The notes beneath the pieces are model-generated. The model saw only the letters and a program-made list of their open reading frames with translations, searched no databases and had not been told where the DNA came from. From the NCBI GenBank assembly GCA_002711105.1, contig PAIH01000044.1, forward strand, positions 33,658 to 97,657: a DNA stretch of 64,000 bases, in the 5' to 3' direction. Numbering within the stretch: the stretch's first letter is position 1; the number at the start of each line of letters is the position of its first letter. The translations under genes and the position numbers were made by a program. This document shows positions 63,701 through 64,000 of the stretch, piece by piece. This DNA comes from Planctomycetota bacterium (lineage in GTDB: Bacteria > Planctomycetota > UBA8108 > UBA1146).

Positions 63701-64000
63701 CGCATCATCGGTGGCATCTGCCTGCACGATGGTAACACCAAGATCAAAAGTATCTCCGGAGGCATGACTCAGAACAATCTGTGGAATTGAGCAATTGTCC
63801 TGCGCATCCACGTCGGTCCAGGTAACAGCAGCACTGCAGGTGCCGGTTTCATTACCGACCAGTACGCCAGGTGGGAAAGAAGTAAACTCTGGAGCATCGT
63901 CATCCGCAACGGTGACGGTAAAGCTACCCAAGGATTCATTCCCATCGATATCCAATGCCGTATATGTCACCACCGTATCACCGAGCTGGAAAATAGATCC
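60713..64000 (-). CDS. Giant HYR-repeat protein P4, 3' part only (at least 1095 aa in the window), with a dockerin-like C-terminal module
   Basis: The frame stays open to nt 64000. The track 'M' at 63973 is an internal GTG within '...FQLGDTVVTYTA'. Confidence 0.9.
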   Translation of the reverse strand, partial: GSIFQLGDTVVTYTALDIDGNESLGSFTVTVADDDAPEFTSFPPGVLVGNETGTCSAAVTWTDVDAQDNCSIPQIVLSHASGDTFDLGVTIVQADATDDAGNVDSRTFTVTVIDQEDPTVVTAPASPIVIANPAGDCELPATWDAPTFSDICTAELVVSSTHQPGDLFPVGDTVVTYTATDDAQNPVFASFTVTVMDTTPPSILQMPSNIQISTPTDSCEVSVSWTEPSTSDCSLVTPSSDIQNGSLLPIGNHIATYTFTDEYGNSSAANFLITVVDGEIPQILGVPADITVDNGAGSCSVAVIWSEATSADCVFSELIVDHPSGSEFFIGTTTVTYTATDSEGNQNTASFLVTVQDVEAPVLFNMPADSEVVAPEGSCEATASWSEPTATDCVSFELTSSSVSGDSFTIGENVVTYSATDPSGNVGTASFTVTVLDQESPLISQLPPPIQVNSNPGTCVGVASWAEPTANDCSGILTLVPSLPSGSEFPIGETTVIYTATDGSGNISTVGFTVTVVDVGAPVILGTPENLFFDNIEGNCAGIATWETPQVEDCSEVTLTSNYSSGNVFPIGTQLVTYTAEDIAGNISESSFEVTIQDAEAPFFVNLPSELIFYTTPGQCDGVATWNPPIPADLCGGATSTSSHESGTVFPIGATDVIHTATDDAGNEASYITLINMLDGDTPVISDMPGDITVEAPLGSCTIPVSWTPPTVTDCTEVIVTTTIEPGSEIPIGIHVIVYTAIDIQNNIAESFFTVTVLDIEPPLISDMPADMVLTNDVALCGAVVAWDEPSATDCSDLASLAASMSSGSFFEAGDTLVTYTATDVYGNVSSASFNVNVVDKDGPVISGLPHLIEVPSYPGQCGANAFWSDPVITDNCEIDTVQANTPPGSFFPVGESTVLYIAVDVNENATTHELVVVVFDGEDPQIVNLPAPINLVPDPGGCTAVATWLEPDFIDNCPGGSITTSLPSGSTFLVGSTDIEVTAIDEAGNTTTEFFTVTVEECQASFLRGDTNDDGVYDISDAIYILGYIFSGAAEPTCMDALDENDDGQVQIADAIYHFTALFLSGPPPAAPWGSCGVDPTPDGLDCDSYQSCP
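60716..60988 (-). other. Dockerin-like C-terminal module of P4, ending in ...CDSYQSCP
   Basis: 'GDTNDDGVYDISD' and 'DENDDGQVQIAD' loops, then 'CGVDPTPDGLDC'. Confidence 0.7.
61005..64000 (-). repeat. HYR domain array of P4 (at least 12 units in the window), joined directly to the dockerin-like module without a DCN spacer
   Basis: Same HYR consensus. Several units carry 'TDC' in place of 'DNC'. Confidence 0.8.

Noticed and set aside
1-64000. Looked for mobile elements, integrases, tRNA/rRNA genes or island boundaries flanking the giant genes.
   Set aside because: No transposase or integrase motifs, inverted terminal repeats or tRNA-like sequences (e.g. GGTTCGAATCC T-loops) were seen. The giant genes are interleaved with core metabolism genes, so a horizontally acquired island is not supported by this window.

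Overview
This 64 kb window looks chromosomal and probably comes from a Planctomycetota/PVC-type bacterium. That assignment is an inference from a PVC-style dehydrogenase-HEAT-cytochrome c protein, giant HYR/dockerin-like proteins and TlpA-type redoxins. About half of the window is four very large paralogous minus-strand genes: about 1768 aa (P1), about 4926 aa (P2), 2911 aa (P3), and P4, which is more than 1095 aa and runs off the right edge. The three complete genes share one blueprint: signal peptide, Cys-bracketed 'DCNxNGxPDxC' calcium-loop repeats, a 7-blade FG-GAP propeller, more DCN repeats, a long array of ~83-aa HYR (Ig-like) domains, more DCN repeats, and a ~92-aa dockerin-like C-terminal module that ends in Cys-Pro. 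P4 shows only the HYR array and the C-terminal module. A fifth, smaller protein (P5, 55259-56509) carries the same dockerin-like module behind two modules that resemble cohesins. Together they form a candidate non-cellulosomal cohesin-dockerin surface-fibre system, which is the most interesting hypothesis here. Between the two giant-gene loci sits a translationally coupled heme operon (ccsA/hemX-like, hemA, hemC, hemD, hemB, hemE, hemY, cupin), with hemL, pckA, ggt, msrP and housekeeping genes nearby. The left 9 kb holds small accessory genes. One is a TlpA-like redoxin with an in-frame TGA at the first Cys of its W-C-G-P-C active site, followed by a hairpin with a GGUC loop, so it is a likely selenoprotein that the ORF track splits in two. 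A strong orphan intrinsic terminator and two UUCG-tetraloop hairpins on the minus strand at 1.3-1.7 kb suggest a structured RNA. I saw no rRNA, tRNA, CRISPR array, transposase or integrase. All domain calls come from reading motifs by eye, no HMM or BLAST was run, and domain boundaries are approximate.
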